DNA of 64,000 nt from Eukaryota sp. GEM-RC1 (lineage: Eukaryota). The position numbers and the translations under genes are program-made. The stretch's first letter is position 1, and the number at the start of each line of letters is the position of its first letter. Under the pieces are notes generated by a model. It worked only from the letters and a program-made list of their open reading frames with translations. It searched no databases and was not told the DNA's origin. The DNA lies in assembly GCA_040285855.1 (NCBI GenBank), contig JAUFOQ010000004.1, forward strand, positions 1,736,001 to 1,800,000, read 5' to 3'. Of the stretch, positions 28,837 through 40,248 are shown one piece after another.

Positions 28837-30232
28837 TCACTCCTGACTATCAGCTGCTACTAAATCATGAATAACTCTAGCCCTACCCGTACTCAACAAC
28901 CACTCACTAAATACAGAATGCACTGCCCGCTCCACTTTGTCTTTTCTCTTCTCCCTCTATTCCATGTGTCATATTTCGTATACTCTTAAACAACTCCACC
29001 CTGGCCTTAATCTCAGAAGCATAAGAAGAAGGAAGTGGGATAGGACAAGAACTACACAGCAGCTCCCCATGTCTACTTTTCTTAAACACGTCCACGTCAG
29101 CATCAGAAAAAGGAACAACAAAGGGAATATGTATATCAGAGGGCTCTAGTCTAAAACAACCAACTTCTCCAAGAGGTTCCTTCCAATGATCCTTTGGCAG
29201 AACTACTGGGAGTTCAATAGTTTGTAGATCCACAAGAAGAGCTGGGTAGAAGGCGTTGAAGGGACCAAAGACCAGACGATGGCAACCAATGGAAACAACA
29301 GGAGGGCGGAGGAGATGGGAGTTGAAAACGACTTCTGTACAGTTATCCACACGAAGCAGGCGTGACGTCATCACTATTGTAGTTTTGACAGATGACGTGA
29401 CCAACACGTGTTTTGCTGCTCCAATGAAAATAGTACATTGTTCACAGTTTGACACTACGACAGATGTACATGACGTCATAATGACGAGGAATAGCCGGCA
29501 ACAGTTGGAAACATTTATGACACAATCAGGAGACACATCAGAAGATCGTAAAACCATAGCTCTTTTGTTAAGATCATTGACTGAGAACAAACGGGATGTA
29601 TCCTCTGAGGAAGCAATGGATCTAGAGAGGTGTTCGGATAGGGAAAGTTCAGAGGTAGAATCAGAGAGTTCAATTATTGGAAGGATACGCTGACCAGATT
29701 GCCAAAAGAGAGAATCTATGGAATCAGCAATGAGAGTAGGGGTTGGGTTTACGTTACAGACTTTGAAGACTCTGAAAAGTAGTGATAATATTTGGTTGAG
29801 GTTTGATGTGACAAAGGAATGGCGCATCTTGAAGCCATGAGAGAATCGTGAAGCTTCTGGAGTACGTTCGGTGCTAGGCCAAGCATCGGCTTCCATTGCT
29901 CGTGGAGAGAGAATGTTCTGGGCCTTGTAGAATGTTTGGAGTGAGAGAAGTACTACTAGAGGAGGTAATGCTGCCGTAGATTCCGTGATGAATGAATCGG
30001 AAAACTCGGCAAATGAAAGAAAGACAGATCGAGCGAAAAGACGAGAAACAGAAAGAGATCGAGATAGAACTTCGATCCAGTTATCAACACTAATAATGAA
30101 AGATCCTTTATCACAGGTTGCAGAAAGGTGCTCCACTACAGTGCCTAGAGATTTCCAAGAGAGGGTTGCGTCAGAAGGAAATTTGAACAAGCAATGATCA
30201 AAAACGGTAGAATTGAGGTATATGGAGGCCAT
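28837..30232 (-). CDS. TBCCD1: TBCC domain-containing protein 1-like (frameshift near 28940)
   Basis: Tubulin-binding cofactor C beta-helix (VVSNCEQCTIFIGA, LRVDNC, RPPVV, VFGPFNAFYP, FVVPF, PIPLPSSY). The C-terminus FSEWLLSTGRARVIHDL continues in the shifted frame to a TGA at 28837. Confidence 0.8.
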
Positions 30233-32698
30233 ATGATATTATACAACAAGTATAAAGAGGTCGAAGACTAGTTGACAGAAAGCACTAGTACAACTTGTAG
30301 TAGATCGAATTGAGATCTTTTCATGAATTTGGCTCTTCTGGTTTGTGTTATAACTTTTTCTTTTCCAACTTCCTGGCCTGAACGGTCATACTCTTGACTT
30401 GCATTATCATCCTTACTTTCATGTCTGAACATTTCATTGACTTTTGATTCTTTATTATTCATAACATCTCGTAATCGTTTCACATGCTTGTGTCTTGGAT
30501 TTGATGAGTTTATTAATTCAGGACGCTGAGCTTTTCTACCATGGGTAGCTTCGAATATATTGAAGCTCTTCACTCGATGTCATCTTTTCGATCACAGTTC
30601 CGTTTTCATCTTAATATGTGTTTTGCTGATGAAATCTGTTGGTTCTTTATGTCAATTGTCACAGTTGCCAACATTGTCTTGTCAATACTTCATCTCTATT
30701 TTGTCATTCATAAACCAGCATTTTATTGTCTTGATACTGCCACTAACTAGTGTTCATTTCAAATTTAGGCCACAATTCGATGCTGTTTTTGTATATAAAC
30801 TACATTTAATACTACATGTCATACTTGTCATGAAACCAGGTGGTACAAAAACAACCTTTAGTTGTTCAAAGTCCTAACAACAACAAGTCTTATCAGATTT
30901 TATAAGTATATCAGATCATATGAGTTCTTTGATATGTACAGTCTGTCTGCAATTCGATATTGTTCATTTTGTTGATTGTTGTACTTGTCTATAACATATG
31001 TGGTGGTCATATTTTTTAATGCTCCTACTCTTTCAAGAACGTAAAAAGTACTGAAAAACAATTTAAAGTCGTTCTTGACCCTTGAAAATTTTCAGCTATT
31101 GCTAGTATTTTGAACACTTCGAATGATCCACTGAAGGACGGTGAAACAAAGTACGTACAACAAGTTGCTGTATTGAATTCACGAAGACACAAAAGATCGA
31201 CTTTCAGCCCGCGGATTTTTTTGTACGGACATTTTGGTTTTTCTACAAAGGACAGTTTTTTAAAATTTGTTTGAATTGTTGTGTTCATAATTTGGTAAGA
31301 AGTTTAACAGACCGTACTGGAAAAGTTAATTTGCATTTCGAATTTTTGGTCAATGTATAGACATCTTGTTCATGTTGTTTGGTGTTAACTACTTTTCGGA
31401 ATTGGGTACTTCGTTTGATAGTTTGTTTTAATCGTCTTTATTTATTTGTTGTTCTCTTGTTGTGTGTGTTTTTTGCACGTATATCCGCTGTACAAAAAAG
31501 TGATAACACGATGGACAATTAATACTTCAAGTGTTCACGCGTTTCGTCTTCTTTCAGTTTTCGTAAGTTTTGGTGTAACAGGTTTTGAATTGGTAAATGA
31601 TTTTGACCTATTGTGTCGTTCTAATGTGAAAGACTCAATCTGTTCTATGTACATTCATCGTAATATTTAGAAATTACTTCTGACTTAGGTAAAACAAACG
31701 CCTTCTAATTACCACTGTAAATAGAGAACGGGGATACATGCACTTAGTTGATGTTGTCCCAGTTGTTTAAGAAGAACTTCTTGTGAATTTTCCTTCTTAT
31801 ATTTTCTAAATTAGTGTTTCTTTTTTCAAGTCATCCCCAACATTTTAAATAATCACACATTTTCCAGTCCATATCTTGGAGGTTTGGGATTTACATCTTT
31901 TAAATGGTGGACTAAAGCAGCTTTCATTGGTGGTGGAAGAAATTGTTTATTCGAGTTTTGTAATCGAAATCCATCAAGAACTTCTCTTCTTGAAAGTACT
32001 TGCAGCTTTCTGAGCTCAATCCATTGTCATTGTTATTCATCAGTTAAAGCAGCTTTCATTGGTGGTGGTAAGAAGTTTTTTCCAGTTCACTAATCGATAT
32101 CCTTCATGAACTGCAGTCCTTGAGAAAGTACTCGCAGCTCCTATCTCAATCATCTCCGTTGTGGAGTATGAAATCTATTTCCCGGGTTATAGTCATCTTG
32201 TTTTCCTGTTGATATCAAAGAAATTCCATGTTGAAACATTTTGTCTTTACAATGTGCTTTAAAGAAACTCCAAAAATATTTCCAGAAAAAAAATGACTAC
32301 GCTTGTAGACCACCATTAGAAATTTTTACAAACTCGAAAGACGAACAAAAGCAGTGCAATCTAGGGAGTTTAGTTCACATCATTTGTAAAAAGTGTATTA
32401 ATAATTCATGTCCTTAACAATCGTTTCCATTACAATTTTCAATCTTTTCCAATTAGCTAGAACTGAACAATAACTATTCGATGAGTGTTACAAAAGTCTT
32501 ATAGATGAATGAAAACTGTTTTTAACACAGAAAACAAAAATATTGAATAAATACCATACATAACAAAACAGTGACAGATTTAGCATAACCAGTTCTGGCT
32601 GGTTTGTTTGATGATACAGATGTGACAAATCGTTTGGAAATAGCCGTGGTGATGTCATATTTGCTGGTCTTGACGGATCTTTCATTATTGCTGATGTT

Positions 32699-33079
32699 AT
32701 GTCTATCGATGTTTGTAATGACTCCAACAAGAAACTTGCTAAATCTAATGCTAAAAACCCCTTGTTGATTGGTGAAAAATTTAAAACGCAAAAAGATTGT
32801 GCTAAATTGAAATTATTGAATTCGACTTCACACTCGAATTACTTGTTGTACCCTTTTGTATTTTCACTGTACGGTTCTTTAGGTGAATCTGCAACATCCT
32901 TACTTGAAATTTTTGTGAAGATTGTAAAAGAAAAAACATCTAGGACTTTTTTTGCTATCTTTAAAGGTATGGTGACTTCTATATCTAGCGCTTTATTATC
33001 TCTTGCCAGACATTATGAGGATAAGGTAGGTGAAAATATCCAGTTAGGCAATCTGGACTTTGAGGATATTGATTATTAG
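32699..33079 (+). mobile_element. 3' fragment of a CRE-like non-LTR element (second RLE subfamily)
   Basis: SIDVC...PLLIGEKFK...YPFVFSLYGSLGESA. Confidence 0.55.
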
Positions 33080-33401
33080 ATATATGTACACTGTAGTGTT
33101 GTTGTCAATTAAATAAACCTTGTGCTGTTAAAAAAGTTCGTTTGTTTGGAGTGAAAACCATAGTAAAAATAACATTTATTTCGAACACCACAATCCTCTT
33201 ATTTTCGTTTTGGCAAGAATTGGAAAATCATCTGGAACAATATTTTTTTAATGTTCTGCAGATTAAAAACTCTGATGGCCATCAAAATGATCAGTTGTGG
33301 CATTATACCAGACAGAAGATAGGTGTATCCCTTACCCTTCTTAATCTTTTTTTTTGGAAAGAATCTTTTATAGAACAAAAACACTAAAATAAACACAAAT
33401 A

Positions 33402-33830
33402 CTAGAACTCAATATCATTAAAGCAACAGTCATTGCCATTAAAAGTCACATCAGCTTTTTCTTCATTAAAAACACTAAGAGCTAATAGAGCTTTTGAAAT
33501 CATGATAGGAATTGTTTTAAATATTGTAAAAACAATATGATTCAACCAAAAATTGAAATCAAATTTCTTGTTCATTCTTTTTTTGACCACTTTCTCAAAA
33601 TCAGAGAGAAAACAAAGAGCATCTCTACCAAGTCGACCATAAATTGAAATTGCAAAAGGACATAATTTGTACTCAACATGTCTAATATGCTTGAGAGCAG
33701 TCAATGGTTCATCATATTTGTTTCTCTTGTATTGTTCTGAAGAATTCAGTGGAGAAACTTCATTTTTAGCATCCTTGAATGCACTTTTTTTGCAAACATC
33801 CCTTCTTAATCCACACTTTTCCACCAATGT
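33402..33830 (-). mobile_element. 3' fragment of a CRE-like non-LTR element (RLE tail)
   Basis: DVCKKSA...PLNSSEQYKRNKY...LCPFAISIYGRLGRDA. Confidence 0.65.
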
Positions 33831-33915
33831 TGATGTTGTACTTTATATACTTTGAACAGTTAATAAGGAGAGATTTACAAAATAACTTTGAAACAATAAA
33901 GCAACAAACCTATAA

Positions 33916-35343
33916 CTACATTTGATGACAAAGAGTTACATTACAAGATGGTAACTCATGATCTTGAAACAAAGTACATGCAGCTCTTCGAATAATGGGT
34001 TCATGGAAAAAAGCACTTTCATAGTCCCCAAAGACAACATTTTTGGTGAGGAGAATCTCAAACTGATCCTCAGTCACGGATAACTTTGTGAGATCAAGTG
34101 CACTGTAATCATTAGTACAGTTCCGGGTGAATTCTAACAAAACAGGCAGGAGAGGTCCACAAGTATGACGCAATTTGTTTTCTGCCGTCAAGCACTTCAA
34201 TCTTAACTCGGTTTCATCACGTACAAAGTTATCAATTAGCCTTAAAGAAGGGCCGGTAATGCTAAACACTTTCTCAAAATCTGACACGTTGTAACTTTTA
34301 CAGAGTTCTTCAAGTACATTGCGACTAGGATAAAACACTGTGATCTCAATTGCTGTTCTTTGCAGACGATCGTGTAGACGTCGGTAGTAAAGCTTATGGT
34401 CGGATACAGTTAAAAATACCCTGAACTGAGGATGTTTTGCACCATATGCTTCATAAAGTGAGAAAATTGGAGAATCAACTGGTGCAACTTGAGCATCATC
34501 AATAACAAGGACGAATTTCTCGGTCTATATGGCAACGTGAAGTATATTTCTGCAGGTATCTACAGAATCAGTCGAAACTGTGAATCCTAAGTCGCGAAGA
34601 TTCTCACAGAGCGCAATTCGAGCATTTAGCCAAATCACGTGTTCTTTCCGAAGATGCTCAAAAAGAGCTACAGACTTTCCAACTCCAAGGGGTCCTGACA
34701 AAACGTAGAAACCGTTTTTCGTGCGAGCAGACAAAACATCATCTATATCCGTGCGAATGTAATGTTCGGGGTAATTAACAACCTTCCTGAAATCTTCCAG
34801 CGGATGAGCCGCTATATGAGCAGTAAATGACATGGAATTTGAGAACAGTTCACCAGCGGGCAAACGGGACAATATAGAGGACAGAGCCGATATAACAGCA
34901 AGCGCTGCGAAGGACTGATTGACGTTAAGGTTGGTGAGTATAACTAAGCAACAAAACTGCGAACTTAAGATCAGAAGAAAATACAGATCGTACTCATCTG
35001 TATTCATTCGATACCGAACAAGAAACAAACGAATTAAAGAGGCGAGCAACAACACGAAAAGTACTACATTGAAAGATTTAGATGTCACTGGTTCTGCAAT
35101 GATGCGGAAACCCAAAAGACAGCCAGGGGCAAGAATTGAGGCCGCGACAGCTAGAAGAAATTGTGGTTTTTCATGGAACAAAATGACATGGATTGCTATT
35201 GAGAAACCAAGAGCGAGAACCCAAAGGAAGATCCTAACGTTTTTTCGAAATTGGTTAGCAGACATAGTCGTATGGTTTGGAGAAATCATGAATGTGGTTT
35301 GGAGAAATGTCCTGTCAGTGATAGGATTGTAATTTTGAGTCAA
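33916..35343 (-). CDS. Multi-pass membrane protein with a P-loop ATPase domain (frameshifted)
   Basis: N-terminal hydrophobic helices; Walker A GPLGVGKS; Walker B FVLVIDD in the shifted frame at ~34500-34520. Confidence 0.65.
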
Positions 35344-35502
35344 GCTGACTCACTAAGCTATGAGTCAGTCAGCTCGAGTCAGGCTCATTACATGAGTCGA
35401 GTCAAGCTTGTGTCTTTGTCCGTGAGTCAGCTCGAGTCAGGCTCATTTGACTTATGAGTCGAGTCAAGACTGTGTTTCTGTCTGTGAGTCAGCTCTACTC
35501 TA
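35336..35502. repeat. GAGTCA/CTCGAG cluster, probably a transposon subterminal region
   Basis: TGAGTCAGCTCGAGTCAGGCTC-like units repeated several times. Confidence 0.5.
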
Positions 35503-35629
35503 GTGAATAAAATTTAGTACAATTTAACCGTATTCTATTACAATCACGTGTACATGGAATTAGTAGCTGATCTCTGTGTAAATTCATTTGCTTGTTAATG
35601 TGCGGGATGAGCTGAGAGCTTACTTATCA

Positions 35630-35981
35630 ACAGGCATAGTCGATGCTGCGGTGAATCCCCTAGATTGATGGAAACGCTACCAATCAGATTATCCTAGCTT
35701 AGCTCACGACTACTTAAGCATTCAGCCAAGTTCAGCAGCAATTGGACGTTTGTTCTAGACTATCTGCAATACTGCAATGTGTTTATTGTGTTTACACTCG
35801 TGGTACGGAATAGGTGTATTAAATTCAGATCAGTAGAAAACAGTAGGATTTGTGTTATGATATAAAGTATAATGGAAAAGAGTAGTGTTATGAGAAACGT
35901 TTCTACGTTTCCAATAGACATATCAGTATGGAATCGGCATGGAAACGTTAAATATGTTTCGGAAACGTAAATTTCGGGCCT
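35630..35981 (+). mobile_element. hAT 3' remnant
   Basis: NPLD*WKRYQSDYPSLAHDYLSIQPSSAAIGRLF (hAT dimerisation motif), then GAAACG repeats ending in GGGCCTG. Confidence 0.65.
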
Positions 35982-36180
35982 GGTTTTAAATTGTTTTTGT
36001 ACAACAGAAACTCACCAAATACTACAGATTGATACAGTTTGAGTGAGATAATTCTCTAAAACTCAATTTCAAGCCAACAAGAAGGATATTGGCAATTTCA
36101 TCTTGTTCTTGAACTAAATCATTGGAAACTTCTCCGTGCCTTCAACTTATATGACTACTGATAAGTCCTAGAAATTTCTT

Positions 36181-36400
36181 TTAAATTCGTCTACCGACTT
36201 TGACCATCATTTTTTCACCGTTGGTGATATATGCTGATTTATTTGTTGCAATAACATTATTAATTTCTACAAAAATAACATGTACATCTGTAAAAATTGC
36301 AAAGTGGTAATACATTGCACCATCAGATGTAACAATGTTAAAGATCATAAGTGGACAACCAAAAGAACCAGTCCATAACACAAAGAAACATCCATCTTAA
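36181..36400 (-). pseudogene. hAT/DUF659 transposase remnant
   Basis: WTGSFGCPLMIFNIVTSDGAMYY...AYITN, homologous to 12060-12240. Confidence 0.6.
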
Positions 36401-37074
36401 AGAGACCGTTGTCCCAATTTAATCAACGTTACAACACTACTGGTCAAACAAAAAAAACCGATGAGACTTAGTATGAGAACAGTACTCATTAAAAAAGAAC
36501 AACAATGTCAAAGACCGATTACTTCTTTGGTTTGCTTTTCTTGCCAGGATCAGGACATGAACTTAGGGGAAGGAGATTCGGAGGCTCCGGGACTGTAAGT
36601 AGCACTGTATCATTAATGTACAAAGGAGGAGGAAGAGCAACGCAGTGAGTGAATAAAGACGGTAGCAGAAGTGGTCCTTGTAGTAGCAGATCCATTATAC
36701 AGTGACCAGCTTCTCTGTCATTTTCAAGTTGAGGTAGAAGATCATGAACATAGAGAGCAATGTCACGTTGACATATATACCCACTGTAAATGACATGAAG
36801 TAGGATGTTGAGGCATATGGAACCTGATCTGTTAGTGATTGCGCGTTCGTGAAGATATGAAGCATAGTGGGAGATGAGATTTCGACAAAACACATTGCAT
36901 GACTTTAAGGAGGTGAAGTCTGATGCTAGGATGGAAGCAAAATCGTTTTCAGTTATGGAAACTAGGCATTGAAGAGTAGGGGTGGGCATAAAGTCAATTT
37001 GGTAGGTTAACTCGGTACTAAAAGTTAACTTTGGTGCACCAATTGGTGCACATACTTTGGTTTAACTTTGGTGT

Positions 37075-37175
37075 GACTAATGAAATCAGAATTTAGTTTT
37101 CACCCGACTAATGACAGTTTAGTTTAGTCTTCACCCGACTAAGGAAATCAGAATTTAGTTTTTACCCGACTAAAG
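37075..37175. repeat. Short tandem repeat, ~31-bp unit, ~3 copies
   Basis: GAAATCAGAATTTAGTTTT-CACCCGACTAA-like units. Confidence 0.7.
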
Positions 37176-37909
37176 ACATTTAGTGTGAGTTAACTCAAAT
37201 TAAACTAATTTGTTTTTACACTGTTGACTTTTCCTAGGTTTACACTAGTATTAGAGTTCGAGTTGAACATAGGTTTATATATCTTTAGAATTTACTTTTA
37301 CCTTACCCCTTATAAAGCTAATCAATCAACAACATTGTAATGATGAGTCACTAATCTTATAATATTGAGCTTCTAAATTAGATGTCTTACATCTTCTTAA
37401 CCTCATAACAACTAGTTCAATGAATTCACCATCTTCTAAAAGGCCTAGTTTCATTGAGGTTGAGTCTGACACTGATCCCGATAGCTCTTCTCTCAAAAAA
37501 GCCCCTCAAATTGAATCCAACCTACCTCTGTACCATGTGCACGTGTTTTTGCCATTGCTGGTAACTTAGTATCGCGTAAGAGAAGTTGTCCTTCCGACAC
37601 AAAGGTTAGAAGTCAATTGTATTTGAAATTGTAGTTGGACATCTACTTGTTTGCAAAGGATTTCCATATACATGGTTTGTTTTGTCACTTTGCAAAAATG
37701 GTGTGAATAGAAATCAGAACCGGAAGTTCATTTTTCCACAGAAAATCTCTGGTAATGGTACGAATTACTGCAGTAATCGTAACTGTAGGAATTCTAAGAA
37801 TTCCTGATCGCGCGGTAATTGAAAAGTATGCTCTTAACTCATTCTGCTGTTTAGGTTGATGACAAACAAACCTTTTTATGGAATAAAAACATTAAAATAA
37901 ACACACATA

Positions 37910-38088
37910 CTAGAATTCAATATCATTAAAGCAACAATCATTGCCATTAAAACTCACATCAGCTTTTTCTTCATAAAAAACACTGAGAGCTAATAGAGCT
38001 TTTGAAATAATGATAGGAATTGTTTTAAATATTGTAAAAACAATACGATTCAACCAAAATTTGAAATCAAATTTCTTGTTCATTCTTT
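37910..38088 (-). mobile_element. Short RLE tail copy, close to 33402-33580
   Basis: Nucleotide near-identity with 33402-33580, extending into the 3' UTR. Confidence 0.7.
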
Positions 38089-38107
38089 ATTAGTGGAATA
38101 GACCTCC

Positions 38108-38306
38108 ACATTTGTAATGACAACATTTGTAATGACAACATTTGGTGATACAACATTTGTAACTACAACATTTGTAATGACAACATTTGTAACTACAGCA
38201 TTTGTAACTACAACATTTGTAACTACAGCATTTGTAATGACAGCATTTGTAACTACAACATTTGTAACTACAACATTTGTAGTGACAACATTTGTAATGA
38301 CAACAT
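38108..38306. repeat. 15-bp tandem array, ~13 units
   Basis: ACA(A/G)CATTTGTAA(TG/CT) repeated head-to-tail with no unique spacers. Confidence 0.9.
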
Positions 38307-38665
38307 GATTTTGAGAATTCCAACATCATAGCTGTGGGCATCTAATGCACATCCGATGTCAGTCGAAGTTCAACGGTTGTCCCAGCAGATGTTTGCTTTT
38401 CATTTATTTACTACAGAAACCGTTGAAGTGTCTCATTAACTACGTATAATGAGGCACACAGTGCCTCTCAACCGATTAACTGTCTATTCTAATGTTTACA
38501 TAAATCAATTTCAATGTCAATTTGTTTTATATATATTTTCATTACTAGATTGCATATTACTAGAACCATATCAAGGAGTAAATCATAAATTATACATTGG
38601 TGTTGTAGGTAGTTGAGTGGTTCAGTCAACACAGAATTTCTTCAAAAGGAATCATTTCTGTCCAC

Positions 38666-39885
38666 ATGTGTCTAAAGTTGGAACGTTCTTCCGGAAGAAC
38701 TTCTTCTGCTCTCCCAATACATATCTCAACTCAACATCTCCACTCCATTCAATCCATAGATAGGAAAACATGGTTAGAAGGGGTTGTTTGTGCTTCTTTG
38801 TTTTGCTCCTACGTGTTGTTTCCATCATCTCAATGGAAACGGAATCTCGCAGAAGATGGAGATGTTGAGACTAATCCCGGCCCACCCCATACTCAATCAT
38901 GTTTCTTCAATGTTTGTCATTGTTATAACAACAATCCCTTTACTGTTGTAACCTCTACGGACAGAGTTCTAAACATGTTCCAGTTCATACATGACAATGC
39001 TTTGGCAATTGTCCAGTATACTGATGAGCCTCAAACTCCTTATTTCGTCGTCATATACAACGGTAAAGTACAACATCACTTGCCACTCGCATATATTTTG
39101 CCAAGTGTACAGTTTACCAAAATCGAGTTTCTCAAACAAACTGACAGATCAGCTGTTAAAGAAATAATTTTTGTAGAATCTGAAGTAGTCCGTCGTATCA
39201 CTGCAGATATTGCACACATGGCCATTGGCAATCCGGAATCTGATGCATTGCCATCATCAGTATTAAAGCAGTTGTATGACTGCATTTGTTTCTTGTCTTT
39301 CAAACAAACAGCACATCAAGAAACAACTCAAATATCACTTGAATCACCTGATTTCTGTATTATTTCGTCTTCAGACAGTGAAAGCAATCAATCTGACAAT
39401 TACTGCTAATTGTCAGCAGTCGTAAATTTTCTTTTTCATGTCAACATTTTGTTAGACGTGTTTAATACGACGCTATTGAACTCAATTCATCACAAAACGT
39501 GACTTCTGCATTATGCCATTGTTTTGACAACATTACTAATGAATTTCATCTTCTACATCGTTCAGTTTCAGCATTCTTTCCTGAGTTTTTATCTGGGAAA
39601 CAGGATCCATTTAATTTTTTAGCAAAACTGTCGTACCTTCTTGATATAGAATTTCGTGCAACATTGGAACATGCTAACAGTAATGACATGGAGAAGTTTG
39701 GTGCATTGTCTCAAGACATTGAATCTGAAAAAATCCTAAAGGAACTAAAACATTCAAGTGTTGTTAACATTTTTTCTTTCAAGGTTGAAACAAAGGACAA
39801 ATTCTTACAACACATGAAAGTTTGTCTAATCTATCGATTTATCTTTTTGAAAAAAGGTTGTGTGAAGTTAACAATGAACTTTATA
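38666..39885 (+). pseudogene. Decayed ORF: leader, 2A peptide, unknown domain, USP (C19) deubiquitinase-like N-terminal part
   Basis: RNLAEDGDVETNPGP (38840-38884); Cys-box-like SNQSDNYC*LSAVVNFLFH; F.SGKQDPFNFL resembling the QQD motif; cut off by GAGCCGGCT repeats. Confidence 0.55.
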
Positions 39886-40248
39886 GATGGGAGCCGGCTC
39901 AAAATTTGATCACGGCTCAGCCGCAGGCATTAGCCAGCCGGCTGCGGCTTACAGCACATATTAGCCAGCTCAAGCCGGCTGAAGCCGGCTCAGCCTCATC
40001 GAGTTTTGTTTCGAGTATTTGGGCAGTTGCTTAAAAGTTTTATTGACTTGTTGGTTGATATATCAGTAAAATGATACAAAACCATTGTTAATGACAACTA
40101 CACCGAGTTTCAGAACGACACAATACATACACCATTGATCAGTATATTCCAGTTTTCACAGATTTTACATGTGACTTATTTTTGGGATTATCACTTATAA
40201 ACTTGACGTTGATCAGTTAGTAATTACTTGAATCTTGAAATCTTTGAA

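Noticed and set aside
29256..30197. Plus-strand ORFs over TBCCD1 (and similar ones over calnexin, Fanzor and gag)
   Set aside because: Antisense shadows of real genes.
38108..38306. CRISPR array or Cys-rich CCHYK protein
   Set aside because: Pure 15-bp tandem repeat without spacers; the ORFs on both strands are by-products of the repeat.
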